Source of the DNA: Centroscyllium fabricii
Lineage: Eukaryota
Length of the DNA: 64,000 bases
Direction: 5' to 3'
Assembly: GCA_051313645.2 (NCBI GenBank)
Contig: JBNRSN020000002.1
Span: 554,776,001 to 554,840,000, forward strand
Shown here: one piece after another, positions 1 through 12,631 of the stretch
How the letters are laid out: every line of letters starts with the position of its first letter
Position numbering within the stretch: position 1 is the stretch's first letter
Notes under the pieces: generated by a model
Database searches by the model: none
The model's input: only the letters and a program-made list of their open reading frames with translations
What the model was told of the DNA's origin: nothing
Program-made: the position numbers and the translations under genes

Positions 1-822
1 ACGCCTCCAGCTTGCGGCGCGCTCCATCCACCGCATTCGAGATTGTGATTGCTTCTTCCAGCGACAGAGTGTCCTTTTCCAGCAGCCGCTGGCGGGCCTG
101 GTTGGACCTGATTCCAGCCACGTATGCGTCTTGTACGAGGAGATCCATCTCCTCCTGTGCCGTTCTTGGCTGGCAGTCGCAGGCCCGTGCGAGGGCTTGA
201 AGTGCCAAAAGGAATTGTTCGTTCGACTCGCCGAGTCGCTGTTGTCTGGTCGCCAGATATGCCTGGCATAGACCGAGTGGACTGGGCGCATGTAGCAGTC
301 CTTCAACTTTTTCACCGCCTCCGCGTATGTCGTGAGGCCGCGGATGAAGGAGTACACCCGGCTGCTGATCCGCGACGAGAGGACTTGTAGTTTGTCTTCA
401 TCGCGTGTTGCCTTTGCGGCCTTCATGTAGGCCTCGACCAGGCCGAACCAGTGTTCAAAATTGTTAGCAGCGTCGGGTTCTTGAGGATTTATATCAAGTC
501 GGTCCGGTTTCACTGCGTTACTCTCCATTTTAAAAATAAAGTTAATAAAATTGACGTATCATCAATTAAGACAAAAGACGAGTAGTTACCTTAACTATAG
601 GCTTTTATTAACTTTATAAAGGAGCTAGTCTCCAGTCGAGTTCAAGGCGAGAATGAACGGGGGCAGGGCGGCCCTTACCTATAAGCTCCCACCTGAGGGG
701 AGGAGTTAGAGGTGTGGCTGACCTGGCCTTACATACAGTATGCAGGTATATGTGACCCCACAGTGTACAAGTCCCGCCAATGCACTCGCAACTATTTACA
801 GATGGTAATAACGGTTACCACA
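1..822 (-). mobile_element. Gypsy LTR retrotransposon, 5' end (5' LTR 552-822, gag start at 528), running off the left edge
   Basis: TG...CA-bounded LTR on the minus strand, similar to the solo LTR at 28795-29074. ATG at 528 starts MESNAVKP..., homologous to the gag at 22995 (MESGAVKPEKLD). Confidence 0.9.
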
Positions 823-1929
823 CTCCTGTTTCTCTCTTACGGATGTTGCCTGAACTGCTGAGTTTTTTCAGCATTTTCTGTTATTATTTCAGGTGCAACA
901 TTGGTTTTACACCGACCGCGCCTGATTTTACTCTCCATTTAACTCAGGGGAGAGTAATATTGCGCGGGGACGGAAAAGCAATATTCCACCCAATCCTGTG
1001 GGTTTCCTGTCCGCCGACTTAGGTTTAAATTGCCGCATCTGTCATCACCTCCTGCCTTCTATTGCCAAACCAATTTTCAAAACCAGACAGTTAATTGCCA
1101 TTACTTCCAACGTGCTTCTTCTTTGGAAGCCTTGCAGGGCAGAATTTAATCAAACGCCGCTGAAAATGCAAGTAAATTATATCTGCTTGTATAATTACAA
1201 GGATAACTCTGGCTTGTTAATGATCTGCTAAAACAATTAAATTGTGAGACATAATCTATTGCTTCTAAAATCGTGCTGATGACTCCTTATGGTCTCAATG
1301 TTCTTTAGAACATTAATGGAATTGTGAAATAATCTTGAATGTATTTCTCAGTTGCAACATCAGCTTACAATTCTGCAATTCATGAACCACATGTTTTCCA
1401 ATGCCAAGGTAATTTTCTATCCTCCAGCTCTCAGCGGTAGGCTCTATATTATGGAGCTCGTAAAAATATTCATGAGAAGTTTGGCTATTTCCCCATTTTC
1501 TTTCTTTCTTCTTTCTTTCAAAAGATAGGAACAGAAACACCAAACACACAAGCAAAGTGTTAAAATGTGCAGGCCCTTGGCGTTCATAACACAAAAAGCT
1601 GTGCAAGCGGCTTCAAAGCCTGAAATACTATGGTACTGCAGGAGACTTCGTTCTCTGAACAAATAAATCAGCCAACTCGGAGGAGTAACTGCAATACTGG
1701 TCTTTACTGTTCAAACTCCAAAAACATTCTAAACACAAAAGCCCGCAGAACGCGCGATGACATCACCACTAGGTCACGTGAGGTCTGTTTTCCCTCTCTC
1801 TTAAAGGGGAGGTGAAACCTGTAAGTTAAAGGGGATTTTCCATGCAATTATTATGTACAGACATTTATTCCCCGATGCGGAAATGCCACAGTACTTCAGA
1901 AAAAATAACACTCGACTCAGAATCGAATA

Positions 1930-2414
1930 CAGGTTGAGCACCAGTAACCCGGCACGGGCGGGACCAGCCCGTGCCGGGAAAGTGAAAAAAACGGTAGAAT
2001 GAAGTCGGTCAGTAGAAATGCGCGCACCATTCAAAATGGCCGTGCGCATGCGCACAACATTGGAAATGGCCGCCGAACGTCCTTGCTGAGTCTCAGCTGC
2101 GTTTTGTGCCTCCTGATGGCCAGCAGGCTGCTCCGGGGAACCGCGCGCTTCACCATGGCGGGCGCTCAGGACTCGCACATTCAAAACGCGGCGCGAGCCG
2201 CCGTGCCCTGACGCCACGGAAGGCGTGGCTCGTCCGGCGGCAGTTTTGAATGATCTGCGCATGCGCTCGACGTTTGGTGGCGCATGTGCAGATCATTCAC
2301 CGAAGCCTCGATCGCGGCTGCCATTTTGCGCATGCGCAGGGCAGTCAGGGCGATTTATACTGGACCACTGAAGTTGCCGGCGTTTCGGGTAATGGATTAC
2401 CGGTGCTCAACCTG
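1930..2414. mobile_element. Tc1/mariner (pogo/Tigger-like) MITE
   Basis: TIR CAGGTTGAGCACC...GGTGCTCAACCTG, TA on the left flank, many internal TGCGCATGCGC palindromes. Confidence 0.75.
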
Positions 2415-2581
2415 TCATAACAATGAACTCAAAGGCTTGCACTTCTCTTAGTTTTAGTGCAGCTCCGTGTCTTTCAGCCCCCATTTTGTGCTGTCATAGA
2501 CCTTAATTTGCTGAAACCCACGGCAAACCAGCGCCACAATAAATGTCGAGATTTGGGAATCATTATTTCTCTCTGAATTAC

Positions 2582-2756
2582 CATTCTGCACCGATGCTCG
2601 AAGAGCGCCCATGTTGTGATGGAAGGCAAACTTTATGTCGATCAGCGTGTAAGGGATCCTGTAGTATGATAATCGGTTTGCAGCTGCAATCCCTCCGAAA
2701 CCAGCACCCACAATGATGACATGGTCATTCTCACTGACGGACATTTTCCCTCCCAT
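2582..2756 (-). CDS. AIFM2: First coding exon of apoptosis-inducing factor 2 / ferroptosis suppressor protein 1-like flavoprotein
   Basis: MGGKMSVSENDHVIIVGAGFGGIAAANRL...FHHNMGALRASVQNG has an MGxxxS myristoylation motif, a GxGxxG Rossmann motif and an FHHNxxALRASV motif as recalled for AIFM2. Polypyrimidine-CAG acceptor ends at 2764 and a GTAATT donor starts at 2581. Downstream exons were not found in the window. Confidence 0.88.
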
Positions 2757-2822
2757 GATGTCGCTGATGAAAAAAGGAGAAAAAGTGTTTTAAAGTGGAA
2801 GTATCCGGAAAAAAGAAAAACT

Positions 2823-3392
2823 TTTCACAACCTCAGGACCTCACAAAGTGCTTTATAGCCAATGACGTCCTTTTGAAGTGTAGTCACTGTCAATGTTCCC
2901 TCTAATTTTTTTTCCATGTGCGGTCCCTTTAAATTTGCTGTGTAGCCATGCACGCGCAGTATCTTTTCCAGCGGCAACAGCTGCTGAGCGGCCTGCGCAG
3001 GATCTCCAGCTCTGTTAGGGGTAATGTAGCAAATAGGGCAGCCAATTTGCTCACAGCAAGCTATCACAAACAGCAATACGATAATGACCAGATAATCTGG
3101 GGTTTTTTCGTGTGATGTTGGTTGAGGGATAAATATTGACCCAGGACACTGGGGAGAACTCCCCCTGCTCTTCTTCGAAATAGTGGCCATGGGATCTTTT
3201 ACGTCCTCCTGAGAGGGCAGATGGGAGCTCGGTTTAACGTCTCTTATGAAAGACGGCACCTCTGACAACGCAGCTCTCTCTCAGCACTGCACTGGAGTGC
3301 CAGCCTGGATTATGTGCTCAAGTCTCTGGAGTGGGACATGAACCCACAACCTTCTGACTCAGAGGTGAGAGTGCTGCCCACTGAGCCACAGT
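2823..3392 (-). mobile_element. tRNA-derived SINE (SacSINE1/DeuSINE-like)
   Basis: tRNA-like head (GTGGCTCAGTGGG...GGTTCATGTCCC on minus); body shared with 58888-59345 and other copies. Confidence 0.7.
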
Positions 3393-3994
3393 TAACATGA
3401 AGAAAGCAGTTCTTTACATAGTGGCTATTTACAAACATCTGAGATTCAAATTAAATTATGGCAATAATGCAGTAGCTATTTAATAAACTGTTCTGGAGGG
3501 GTAATATTTTTACCATGGGTGAGCAGCTGTCTATGTCACAGCTTCTCACTGTCACCCAGCCGAAATTTGGACATTAATGGTTGGATTTTCCATAATAACC
3601 CTTATAGTGTCAGGACGAGATTTCCACCCACAGCCCTGGTTCCCAGCCCTGTATTATGGGTTCTTTCACTTGTCCACTGTTAACTTCAACAGAAGAGCTG
3701 CAGAAATCCCAGAAACACATTGTAATCACCACTTACACTGTTTGTCAGGGATTCCGCAGCTTTTCCGCTGAACTTGCATAAGATTGTAAATCCACACCTT
3801 TACAATTACATTTAAAATCTGCTTCATTTTATGTATTACCTACACACACACACACACATCTTTTATTTGTACCAGTTACTGATTTAAAAAAAAAGTCTAC
3901 TGATTTGTGACTAAAGCACCAATAACTTCACAATTAATGCTCATTTTTAATTACGTTCTTGATTGTATTTGTAGATGGAGTCTTAGTACTTAAT

Positions 3995-5395
3995 GGCCCG
4001 GTATTTCCAAGCCGCACAAATCCCAGGAACCAGCGCACAACGTGGTGCGCTGCAACATTCCGTTTTTAAAAAAAGATTTTCATTGGACCAAGCACAGAAG
4101 ATTCTATGCTTGGAAAAAGGAGTTGTAAGCACCCGTTTTTAGCAGGTAAGTCTTTATTTTATTGATTTTAAATGTTGTTCTTTCAGGTTTGTAATTATTA
4201 GCCCAGAAATTGCAGTGGAGCCTTTGTGCGGGTGCAGTACCTGCTTAACGCACTTGAACTGCCCATATTCAGGTTTTCATTTTTTGCACTCAGAAATTGC
4301 AGTTAGCCCAGCCTGTCAGAGCTCCGTGCGAGTTTCTTGGGCATCTGAAGGGCGTAATTACTGCGATATGGCTTTTGAGACCATCTGATTGGCAGGGAGC
4401 CAATCAGTGGAACCAATTCTCCGTTCAAAACTTCCACTGAGAAATCTGTGCAAGTTCTGAAAGGAGAGATTGCCCAAAAGACATCTAAACACAAAAATAA
4501 AATTTTACAAACACCAATTTTTTTTAACATTACCCCAACTAACACAAATAACCTATTTTAAAGAAAAAATAAAAATGTACAGAAAAAGTTTTCAACTTCC
4601 AACAGGTCTAAAAAAATACTTACCTGTCTTTAAAGTTATCAACAATTAAAAACCTGAAAAAACAACAATTAAAATCAATAAAATACACACTTACCAGATA
4701 CAAACGGCTACTTACGACTGCTTTTTCCCAGTGTAGAATATCCTGGTCTTGGTCCGTAGAAAAACTTTTTTTTTAAATCGGAATGTCTGGACGCAACTCT
4801 AGTTCGCTGCTTCCTCGCAGGAACGCCAACCCCCCCGGCTGGCCGGCATAGGAAAACCCGAAGCAGCACAAAGGGCTGCTTCCTGCGGGTTTAAGCTCTG
4901 GTGCGCTTGCACCAGAGCTTAAACCCGATATGGGCAGATTGCAATTTCTGGCCCATTGTTAACTTTAAAGACAGTTTGGTATTTTTTTAGGCATGTTAAA
5001 GTGAGTAAAAAAAAATCAAATGTTTTCTTTTTTCTTTAAAATAGGTCATTTATGTTAGTTGGAGTACTGCTAAAAAGATGTGGTGTTTTTAAAATTTTAT
5101 TTTTGAGTTTAGATGTGTTTTGGAACATCTATCCTTTCAAAACTTACACAGATTTCTCCGTGGAAGTTTTGAATGGAGGATTGCTTCCACTGATTTGAGA
5201 CCACGTGATTGGCAGGGAGCCAAAGTGATCTTGAACTAATTACGCTGTTCAGTTGCCCATGAAGCTCGCACAGAGCTCTGACAAGCTGGGCAACTCGGAA
5301 AGTAACAGTGCAAAAAATCAAAACGGCAGATGTGCTGGGTAAGTGCAACTAGCAGCACTGCGCCCGCACGAAGGCTCCAGGGGAATTTCTGGCCC
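3995..5395. mobile_element. Harbinger-type MITE carrying a nested copy of a related family
   Basis: GGCCC...AATTTCTGGCCC termini, AAT/ATT flanks, body homologous to 7819-8552 and 58087-58845. Confidence 0.7.
4200..4954. mobile_element. Harbinger-type MITE nested in opposite orientation
   Basis: TIR (A)GCCCAGAAATTGC...GCAATTTCTGGCCC with ATT duplication; closely similar to 58087-58845. Confidence 0.8.
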
Positions 5396-6807
5396 ATTAA
5401 TTTTATTTAAATATTTCTTTGTCACTCATATATAACTTTTATTATATGATTGGACAGTAAAGAGTCAACACCCATTATGTTAGATTAAACTTAAAATTTA
5501 ATGTGGCCAGGGTCCCTTTAAGGATCCCAGTTAAAAACGTGTCATGAATGACGTCACCAGACCCGCTCCATCTAATTGGGCCGGGTATCGCACTGGGTGG
5601 GCTTAATAGGCCCCATTAAGGTAAGTTCATTTTGTACAGCGGGTTGGAGCCAGCAGCGGGGTCGGGACCCGACATGGCCACTGCCCGCACCGGACCCGCC
5701 CAGGTAAGGAAAATTCCAGCCTGCCTGTCTCAGTGAAGATTCTTCAGTCCGATTGGTTGAAGAGCCTTGCTGCTCACAGATGCCACAGATCCCCTGTAGA
5801 GGGCGCTGCACTGGCTCAGACGCCCGATGGCAGCAAGTCTCTGCTCAAAAGCCCGCAAAAACGTTGTGGGCTGCTGTCAGCGTAGTGGACGGCGAGGACC
5901 ATTCCTTCGCCGCCTGCTGTTAAAATCCGGCCCATTATGTATTCATGGCCAACTCCCATTGGGATCCCCAACAGCAAGCGGGAGGCTATCAGTGGTCCCC
6001 AGGATGGTCCAGATGGTGATGTAGCAGGACTGCACAAGAAGAGGGGAGGGACCAGACTAACAAGGTCACACAACGGCCAAAAACTCCTGCAATTCCTTTA
6101 CAGAAGGCCTTGGTTGAGACTAGCAGCTTTTATTTGGCAGCTCTGAGGAAATGAGCCTGAAAACTGGGGTCCTCTACCCAGCTAGTACTTGCAGGCAAAG
6201 GAAGGATTGGAGTTGGGATGCTGCACACCATGCTGTGCATATATTTAGGAACAGCAGCTTTTGTTACATTTTCAATAGTGCTACTTTGATTTTTACACAT
6301 AGAAACATAGAAGATTGGAGCAGGAGTAGGCCATTCGGCCCCTCAAGCTTGCTCTGCCATTTGATGAGATTATGGCTGATCATCCAAACTCAGTACCCCG
6401 TACCTGCCTTCTCTCCATATCCCTTGATACCTTTAGCTCTAAGAAATATATCTAACTCCTTCTTGAATATATTTAATGAACTGGCATCAACTACATTCTG
6501 TGGTAGAGAATTCCACAGGTTCACCACTCTCTGGGTGAAGAAATTCCTCCTCATCTCAGTCCTAAATGGCTTAGCCCTTATCCTTAGACTATGACCCTAT
6601 GACCCCTGGTTCTGGGCTCCATCGGGAACATCCTTCCTCCATCTAGTCTGTACAGGCCTGACAGAATTTTATAGGTTTCGATCAACACAATCTCTCCTCA
6701 TACGTCATTCCTGCCATCCCAGGTATCAGTCTGGTGAATCTTCGCTGCACTCCTTCCATGGCAAAAACATCCTTCTTCAGATAAGGCGACCAAAACTGCA
6801 CACAATA

Positions 6808-7426
6808 CAGGTTGAAGTTCGTTAATCCGGCACCCGAAAAACCGGCAGCTTCAGTCGTTCGGCACGTATTTACCCGACTGCTCGGCGCATGTGCAGACAA
6901 TTCAAAATGGCCGCCATCGGGGCTGGGCTTCCATTTCACCTAACATATACTCACTGGAGCCCGGCTTCGTGACCACCCCGATGCCGATGGTGAATCCCAG
7001 GCCCAGAAAATGAGCTGTTGCCGCCTTTTGCAGGACACAGTACAGCAAAAACTCGGTGCCCGGCTCCCCATCGCTGCCAGAGGCTGCTGCGTGCTGATGT
7101 CATTGCGTTCCGAAGCTGGCGTGCGGTGGCGTCACGTGAGCCGGGCTTGAGCCGCGCATTGGGCCTCAGGCCTGCTGGAGCCGTGCAGCCCGCTCCCTGA
7201 TCCACCAGGGGCAGCAGAATTGAGTGCATCCTATGAGTTCCACCCAACCCTAGGGCCGATAGTTACCTTCCAGGTACCAGCGTCGCATGCGCAGAGCACT
7301 CAAAGTTTTGCGGTGGCCATTTTGAATGCTCTGCGCATGCACCGCTGAAGCTTCAATCATTCGGTGTTTTCAACAATTCGGCAGGGTGCTGGTCCCGACC
7401 CGGCCGGATTAACGAACTTCAACCTG
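6808..7426. mobile_element. Tc1/mariner (Tigger-like) MITE
   Basis: TIR CAGGTTGAAGTTCGTTAATCCGGC and its complement; TA duplication; removing it restores the CR1 sequence CACAATACTCAAGG. Confidence 0.88.
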
Positions 7427-7818
7427 TACTCAAGGTGCGGTCTCAACAAGGCCCTGTACAGCTGCAGCAAGACATCCTTGTTCCTGTACTTGAACCCTCT
7501 TGCTACGAAGGCCAACATACCATTTGCCTTCTTCACCGCCTGCTGCACCTGCATGCTTACCTTCAGTGACTGGTGCACAAGGACACCCAGGTCTCTTTGC
7601 ACTTCCCCTTCTCCCAATCTATTGCCATTCAAATAATAATCTGCCTTCCTGTTTTTGCCACCAAAGTGGATAACCTCACATTTATTCACATTATACTGCA
7701 TTTGCCATATTTCTGCCCAATCACCCAACCTGTCCAAATCATACTGGAGTTTCACGACATCCTCCTCACAGCATACCCTCCCACCCAGCTTTGTGTCATC
7801 TGCAAATTTGGAGATAAT

Positions 7819-8552
7819 GGCCCAAAAATTAGGGTGACCGCGGGCCGTTTTTGAGCCGGGTACTCACACGCACGGGCTCCGAATTGCAGGTAGCAGCCAT
7901 TTCCCGGTGCTATCTGCAATTCCGATGATGGCCAGCGGGGGATCGCGAGCTGCAGCGAGCTGAAGCGCGTTCGCCTGCGCACCAGGAGGTGCGCAGTGGA
8001 ATTCCGATTTTTTCCAGAGTTTTTTTATCAGGGTAAGTATTGAAGATTTTCCGCTGAAAAATGTCAGCCATAACGACCCCTTTTTATCAGGTAAGTGTTT
8101 TATTTTGTAGAATTTAAGTGTTTTTTTTTTACAGGTTTTTACTTTTTTTAAACTTTAAAGACAGGTAAGGATTTTTTTAGGCCAGTTAAAAACTTAACAT
8201 TTTTTTAATAAATTAAAATTTTTTCTTTAAAAAAGGTAATTTATGTTAGTTAGAGTATTGTTAAAAAATGTGGCGTTTTTAAAATTTTATTTTTGTGTTT
8301 TTGAAGCTCTTCCTTTTCATAACTTACACAGATTTCTCCGTGTAAGTTATGAATGGAATATCATTGGCTCCCTGCAGATCACGTGGTCCCGCGCGAGATC
8401 TCCCACTAATTACGACGTTGAGTTGCCTCAGCATGGCGCCTGGAGCCTGCAGCAGCCGTACAACTCGGGATTTCGCATCCTAGAATTGCAGAACGGCAGG
8501 AGCGCAGGGTAAGTGTACGTAGTAGGAAGGCTCCAAGGCTAATTTTGGGGCC
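7819..8552. mobile_element. Harbinger-type MITE inside CR1
   Basis: GGCCCAAAAATTAG...CTAATTTTGGGGCC termini; splits the CR1 motif CN|ISKFADD. Confidence 0.8.
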
Positions 8553-9034
8553 ATTACATTTAGTTCCCTCGTCCAGATCATTAATATATATTGTAAGCAT
8601 GGGTTATCATCTTACATGCAAGAGAGAGACACACATCTTTTCCAATCATTCATGTTGTCAACAGTTCAATACCAGTTATACAGGGCTAAATCTGGCCTAT
8701 TTGCACAAGGCATAAAATATCACAACTATGACGATCACTATCTCGGTGTGGAATGAAAGGAGTGATTTAATCATTTCTTCGTTCATGCTCTCTGCTGGTT
8801 ATATCTGATACTGTTTTACCTTGCAAATAAGCAGATCACTATGCAACTATCCTCTTAACATAATGTACCATTTTACAATCATGTTCCTGCTTACATGTGT
8901 AACAGCAGCGCGCATTTGCATTTAAGAGCTTGACATAACATTTACTGACTGTTAAGCAACGGCATTTGTATTGCAGAGCTTCTACATTCCCATCATTGTC
9001 ACTCCACCCATGTGGGAAACTTGAATTATAAAAG

Positions 9035-10217
9035 AAAGACTTGCATTTATATAACGCCTTTCATGACCACTGGACGTCTCAAAGAGTTTTACAGCCAATT
9101 AAGTACAGGTTGAAGACCGTTTATCCGGTAACCAAAAAGCCGGCAACTTCAGTCGTCCGGCATAAATCGCCCCGACTGCCATTCGCATGTGCAAAATGGC
9201 CACCGCGATCGATGCTTCGGCGAATGATCTGCGCATGCGCCGCCGAATGGCGAGCGCATGCGCAAACCATTCAAAACTTCTGGCGGCCATTTCACATGAT
9301 CTGCGCATGCGCTCGCCTTTCGGCGGCACATGCGCAGATCATTAAAAACTTTGCGCCGGCCAATTCCAATGGTAAGGATCTGCCGCTCACTCCGGCCTCA
9401 CTCCCTTCGGTTCTCTCGTGTTGTTAGTGCTGGGCCTGCAGCCCGGGCCTCGATTTATGGTTGTGTGCCGGGGTGGGATGGGGTGGGGGGAGAGTCCCAT
9501 CCTGTCTGCCTAGTGAGCCGAGCTGAGGGATCTTTGCACGGCAGGTTCTGGGCCACGGGTTGTTTTGTCCCCACTAACCGGGTGATGTGAGCTCTGGCTT
9601 TGCTTTTTGAATTGGTGCAGTAACTGTCGTTTACCATAATGTATGGACTCGGGCTGCAGCGACACTGCTGGTGATCAAAACTTCCGGCGGCCATTTCCAA
9701 TGTTGTGCGCATGCATGCGGCCATTTTGAATGCGCACTGGCCGGCTCCATTCTTCTGGTTTTTTCGCTATACCAGCACGGGCCTAGTCCCGCCCATGCCG
9801 GTATAACAGTGTTCAACCTGTACTTTTTTCAAGTGTAGTCACTGTTGTAATGTAGGAAACATGACAGCCAATTTGTGCACAGCAAGGTTCCACAAACAGC
9901 ACTGTGATAATGACAAGATAATCTGTTTTAGTGATGTTGATTGAGGGATAACTATTGGCCCCAGGACACCAGAGATAACTCCCCATCTCTTCTTTGAAAT
10001 CGTGGCCATGGGATCTTTTACATCCACCTAAGAGGGCAGACGGGGCCTCGGTTTAACGTCTCATCCAAAAGATGGCACCTCCGACAGTGCAGCACTCCCT
10101 CAGCACTGCATTGGTAGTGTCAACCTATATTTTTGTGCTCAAGTCGCTGGAGTGGGACTTGAACCCACAACCTTCTAATTCCAAGGTGAGGGTGCTGCCC
10201 ACTGAGCCACGGCTGAC
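9035..10217 (-). mobile_element. tRNA-derived SINE (SacSINE1-like), interrupted by a Tigger-like MITE
   Basis: Tail ACTTGCATTTATATAACGCC at about 9040 and tRNA-like head at about 10150-10217. Confidence 0.72.
9106..9820. mobile_element. Tc1/mariner (Tigger-like) MITE
   Basis: CAGGTTGAA...TTCAACCTG TIRs with TA on both sides; GCGCATGCGC motifs. Confidence 0.85.
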
Positions 10218-10334
10218 ATTCAGTGAATTCCAAATGAGCCTGAATCTGATTTCTTGTGCAGAATAGGGCCAGGCCCAATCATTTAATTTTACTCAAACAC
10301 TAATGCACCTCCAACCAGATCCCGTTATTTAATT

Positions 10335-10945
10335 AACAACAGAAAATGCTGGAAAAACTCAGCAGGCCAGGCAGCATCGGTGGAGAGAAATAGAGTCGAC
10401 ATTTCGGGTTCATACCCGGTCGCCTGTCACTTTAATTCTCCGTTTCACTCCCACTCTGATCTCTCTGTCCTTGGCCTATTACATTGTTCCTCAGAAGCTC
10501 AGCGTAAACTCAAGGAACAACACCTCGTCTTCCAATTAGGCACTTTACAGCCCTCCGGACTCAATATCGAGTTCAACAATTTCAGATCATAACTCTGGCC
10601 CCCATTATATTTTTACCTCTTTTTATCCACAATGTTTATTTGGCCTTTCTTTTCTCTATCGTGGCAGCCACTTCTTGCTCTGCCAGTGTTTTCACACCTA
10701 ATCAACTGCTGTCTCCTGTCCACAGAATCTCATCTCAGTCTTTTCTCTCTGTGCTGTCTCTCTTTGTTCCTTTCCCCGTCCCTGCCCACCCCCCCCCACC
10801 GCCTTCCTGCTTGTGTTTCATTCTCCAGTTTTGATAAAGGGTCGACTCTATTTCTCTCCACGGATGTTGCCTGGCCTGCTGAGTTTTTCCAGCATTTTCT
10901 GTTGATATTTCGGATTTCCAGCATCTGCAGTATTTTGCTATCGTA
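10335..10945 (+). mobile_element. Penelope-like element 3' fragment with short inverted 5' tail copy
   Basis: GIY-YIG C-terminus PVACHFNS...EQHLVFQLGTLQPSGLNIEF; inverted tail at 10335-10410; about 14-bp duplication CC(C/T)GTTATTTAATT. Confidence 0.8.
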
Positions 10946-10965
10946 CCTGTTATTTAATTTATTGT

Positions 10966-11200
10966 TGTGGCGGCACACCAAGACTGGCGAATCCGCCTCG
11001 GGAGTCTGCGGGGCATAGCCCCGCCCATCGGGTGACGTGATGACGTCACCACATCTCTCGGCGTGATGAGGTCACTAAGCGGGCCGTTTAAATAAGCCTG
11101 CTCCTCGTGGTTCAGTCTCTTTCTTGTACAATAATGTAATAAACAAGTGTTTTCTGTTTCTCTGGCTCTTGCGTGGTTCTTGGGTCCTGCAAGCGCTACA
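10966..11200 (+). mobile_element. Solo LTR
   Basis: TGTGGCG...CGCTACA termini, TTAAATAA and AATAAA signals, 4-bp duplication TTGT. Confidence 0.7.
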
Positions 11201-11901
11201 TTGTTAGTATAATTTTGATTGATGGTAGAACAGTGATAACACTGAACAACCCAGTGTGACTCCAGCATTAAACACACTGGAACATCTCCCATTAACATTT
11301 GCAGATTAGATTGTTTTGTTAATAACAAACATCTCAGATAATGGGGTTTACGCACCTATTCACAGTCTCCTAGCTCATCATGTTCTGTTTGATATTCACC
11401 ACAGGAGTCATGGGACACTGAAGATTTCCTCTTCCGATTCAAGTTTCACACTTTAGATACAACATTTTTCACTCTTCTGCCCCAATTGCACGGCACCATT
11501 GCACCTCCACGTAGTGTAGACGGGCTTCCTTAAACTACCAGTCCACACCCAAGTCACTGGCCGCTTACTATTCAGAACCTCTGCTACTCTTCAAAAAAAT
11601 CCATTGTCCCAACAACACCAGTGCAGCCCATTGTGATGCATCTTCAGAACACTAAGCACGTGCAAGTCAGCCCACAACATGTACCATTCACTACGTACAC
11701 AGGGGAGACAAATGGCCATTCCTTCAAGGGTGTGGCTACCACTGTGGTGAGAGAAGCAAGCAAGGCCCGATCACTACCACAGGTTTTCTTATCAAGATTT
11801 CCTGCTGCAGTTTGTGAGGGCAGAACCAAAGGCACCATTTTGCTTTGATGTATCTACAGAATGTGACTACAGTAATTATGCATTATGTTAATAGAGTCAT
11901 T

Positions 11902-12624
11902 GGGGGGAAAATTGGTCAGCGCTGACCCGGGTGATCTGCTATTTTTCGCTGGCGCTAAAAAGGCCGAAATTGGCCGGCACCGCCCATTATGGGGGGGCGG
12001 GTGCTAAATCGGGCGGGCCGCCTCGCTCTTGGTGCGAGGCAGCCGAACATCGGGGCGTTGTTGCAGCGCTGCGCGAAGGAGGCCGTAGCGGCGGGCCGCG
12101 GTACGGCAGGCCTTCCTCCCCGATTAAAGGGGCGGGGCCTAGCGCGGCTGCGGCCGGAGCTCCGCGGGGCCGCCGAGGGAGCAGGAGCCGGAGAACGAGC
12201 CCGGCACTGGAGGGAAGTGCCGGGCTCAGCTGACGGAGGCCTCACCCCGCCGGGGGAGCAGCGGGGGAGGCCGAGGGGGAAGGTGCTGGCGGTCGGCCAG
12301 CAATAAAAATGGCCGGCCGCCGCACTCCCCTTTAAGCAGCGCTCGAGCGCTGCTGTTTGGGCCGGAGAAAGCTGGCGCGGGCAGCGCCCAGCAACAAAAC
12401 GGCGGGCGCTGCCAAATTTCGGCCGCAGGCACCTCTCAGGCACTGCGTGGCCTAATGACGTCATTCACGATGTCCAGCTGGGCGCTAAATTAGTCGGGGC
12501 ACTACCAGTTAGCCCCCAACTTAGCGCCCAACTAAGTTTAGCGCTGGGCGCGATCCCCAGCGCTAATTCTGTGGCGCCTGGTTAGCGCCCAATGGGCCGG
12601 CGCTGGAGCGGCAATTTTGCGCTC
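11902..12624. mobile_element. Harbinger-type GC-rich MITE (copy A)
   Basis: GGGGGGAAAATTGG...GCAATTTTGCGCTC termini; many TAGCGC/GCGCTA motifs; inverted homologue of 12632-13378. Confidence 0.72.
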
Positions 12625-12631
12625 AGTCATA

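Larger units (their letters stand above)
6298..8597 (-). mobile_element. CR1 (HER1-like) LINE 3' fragment, interrupted by two MITEs
   Basis: RT C-terminal peptides TIYINDLDEGTKCN, LQYDLDRLGDWAEIWQMQYN, LYRALLRPHLEY, EGVQRRFTRLIPGM; (CATAGAAA)n tail at about 6298. Confidence 0.9.

Noticed and set aside
2454-2581. C-terminal part of the 100-aa ORF 2454-2756
   Set aside because: Read-through into the intron past the GT donor at 2581; AIFM2 similarity stops there.
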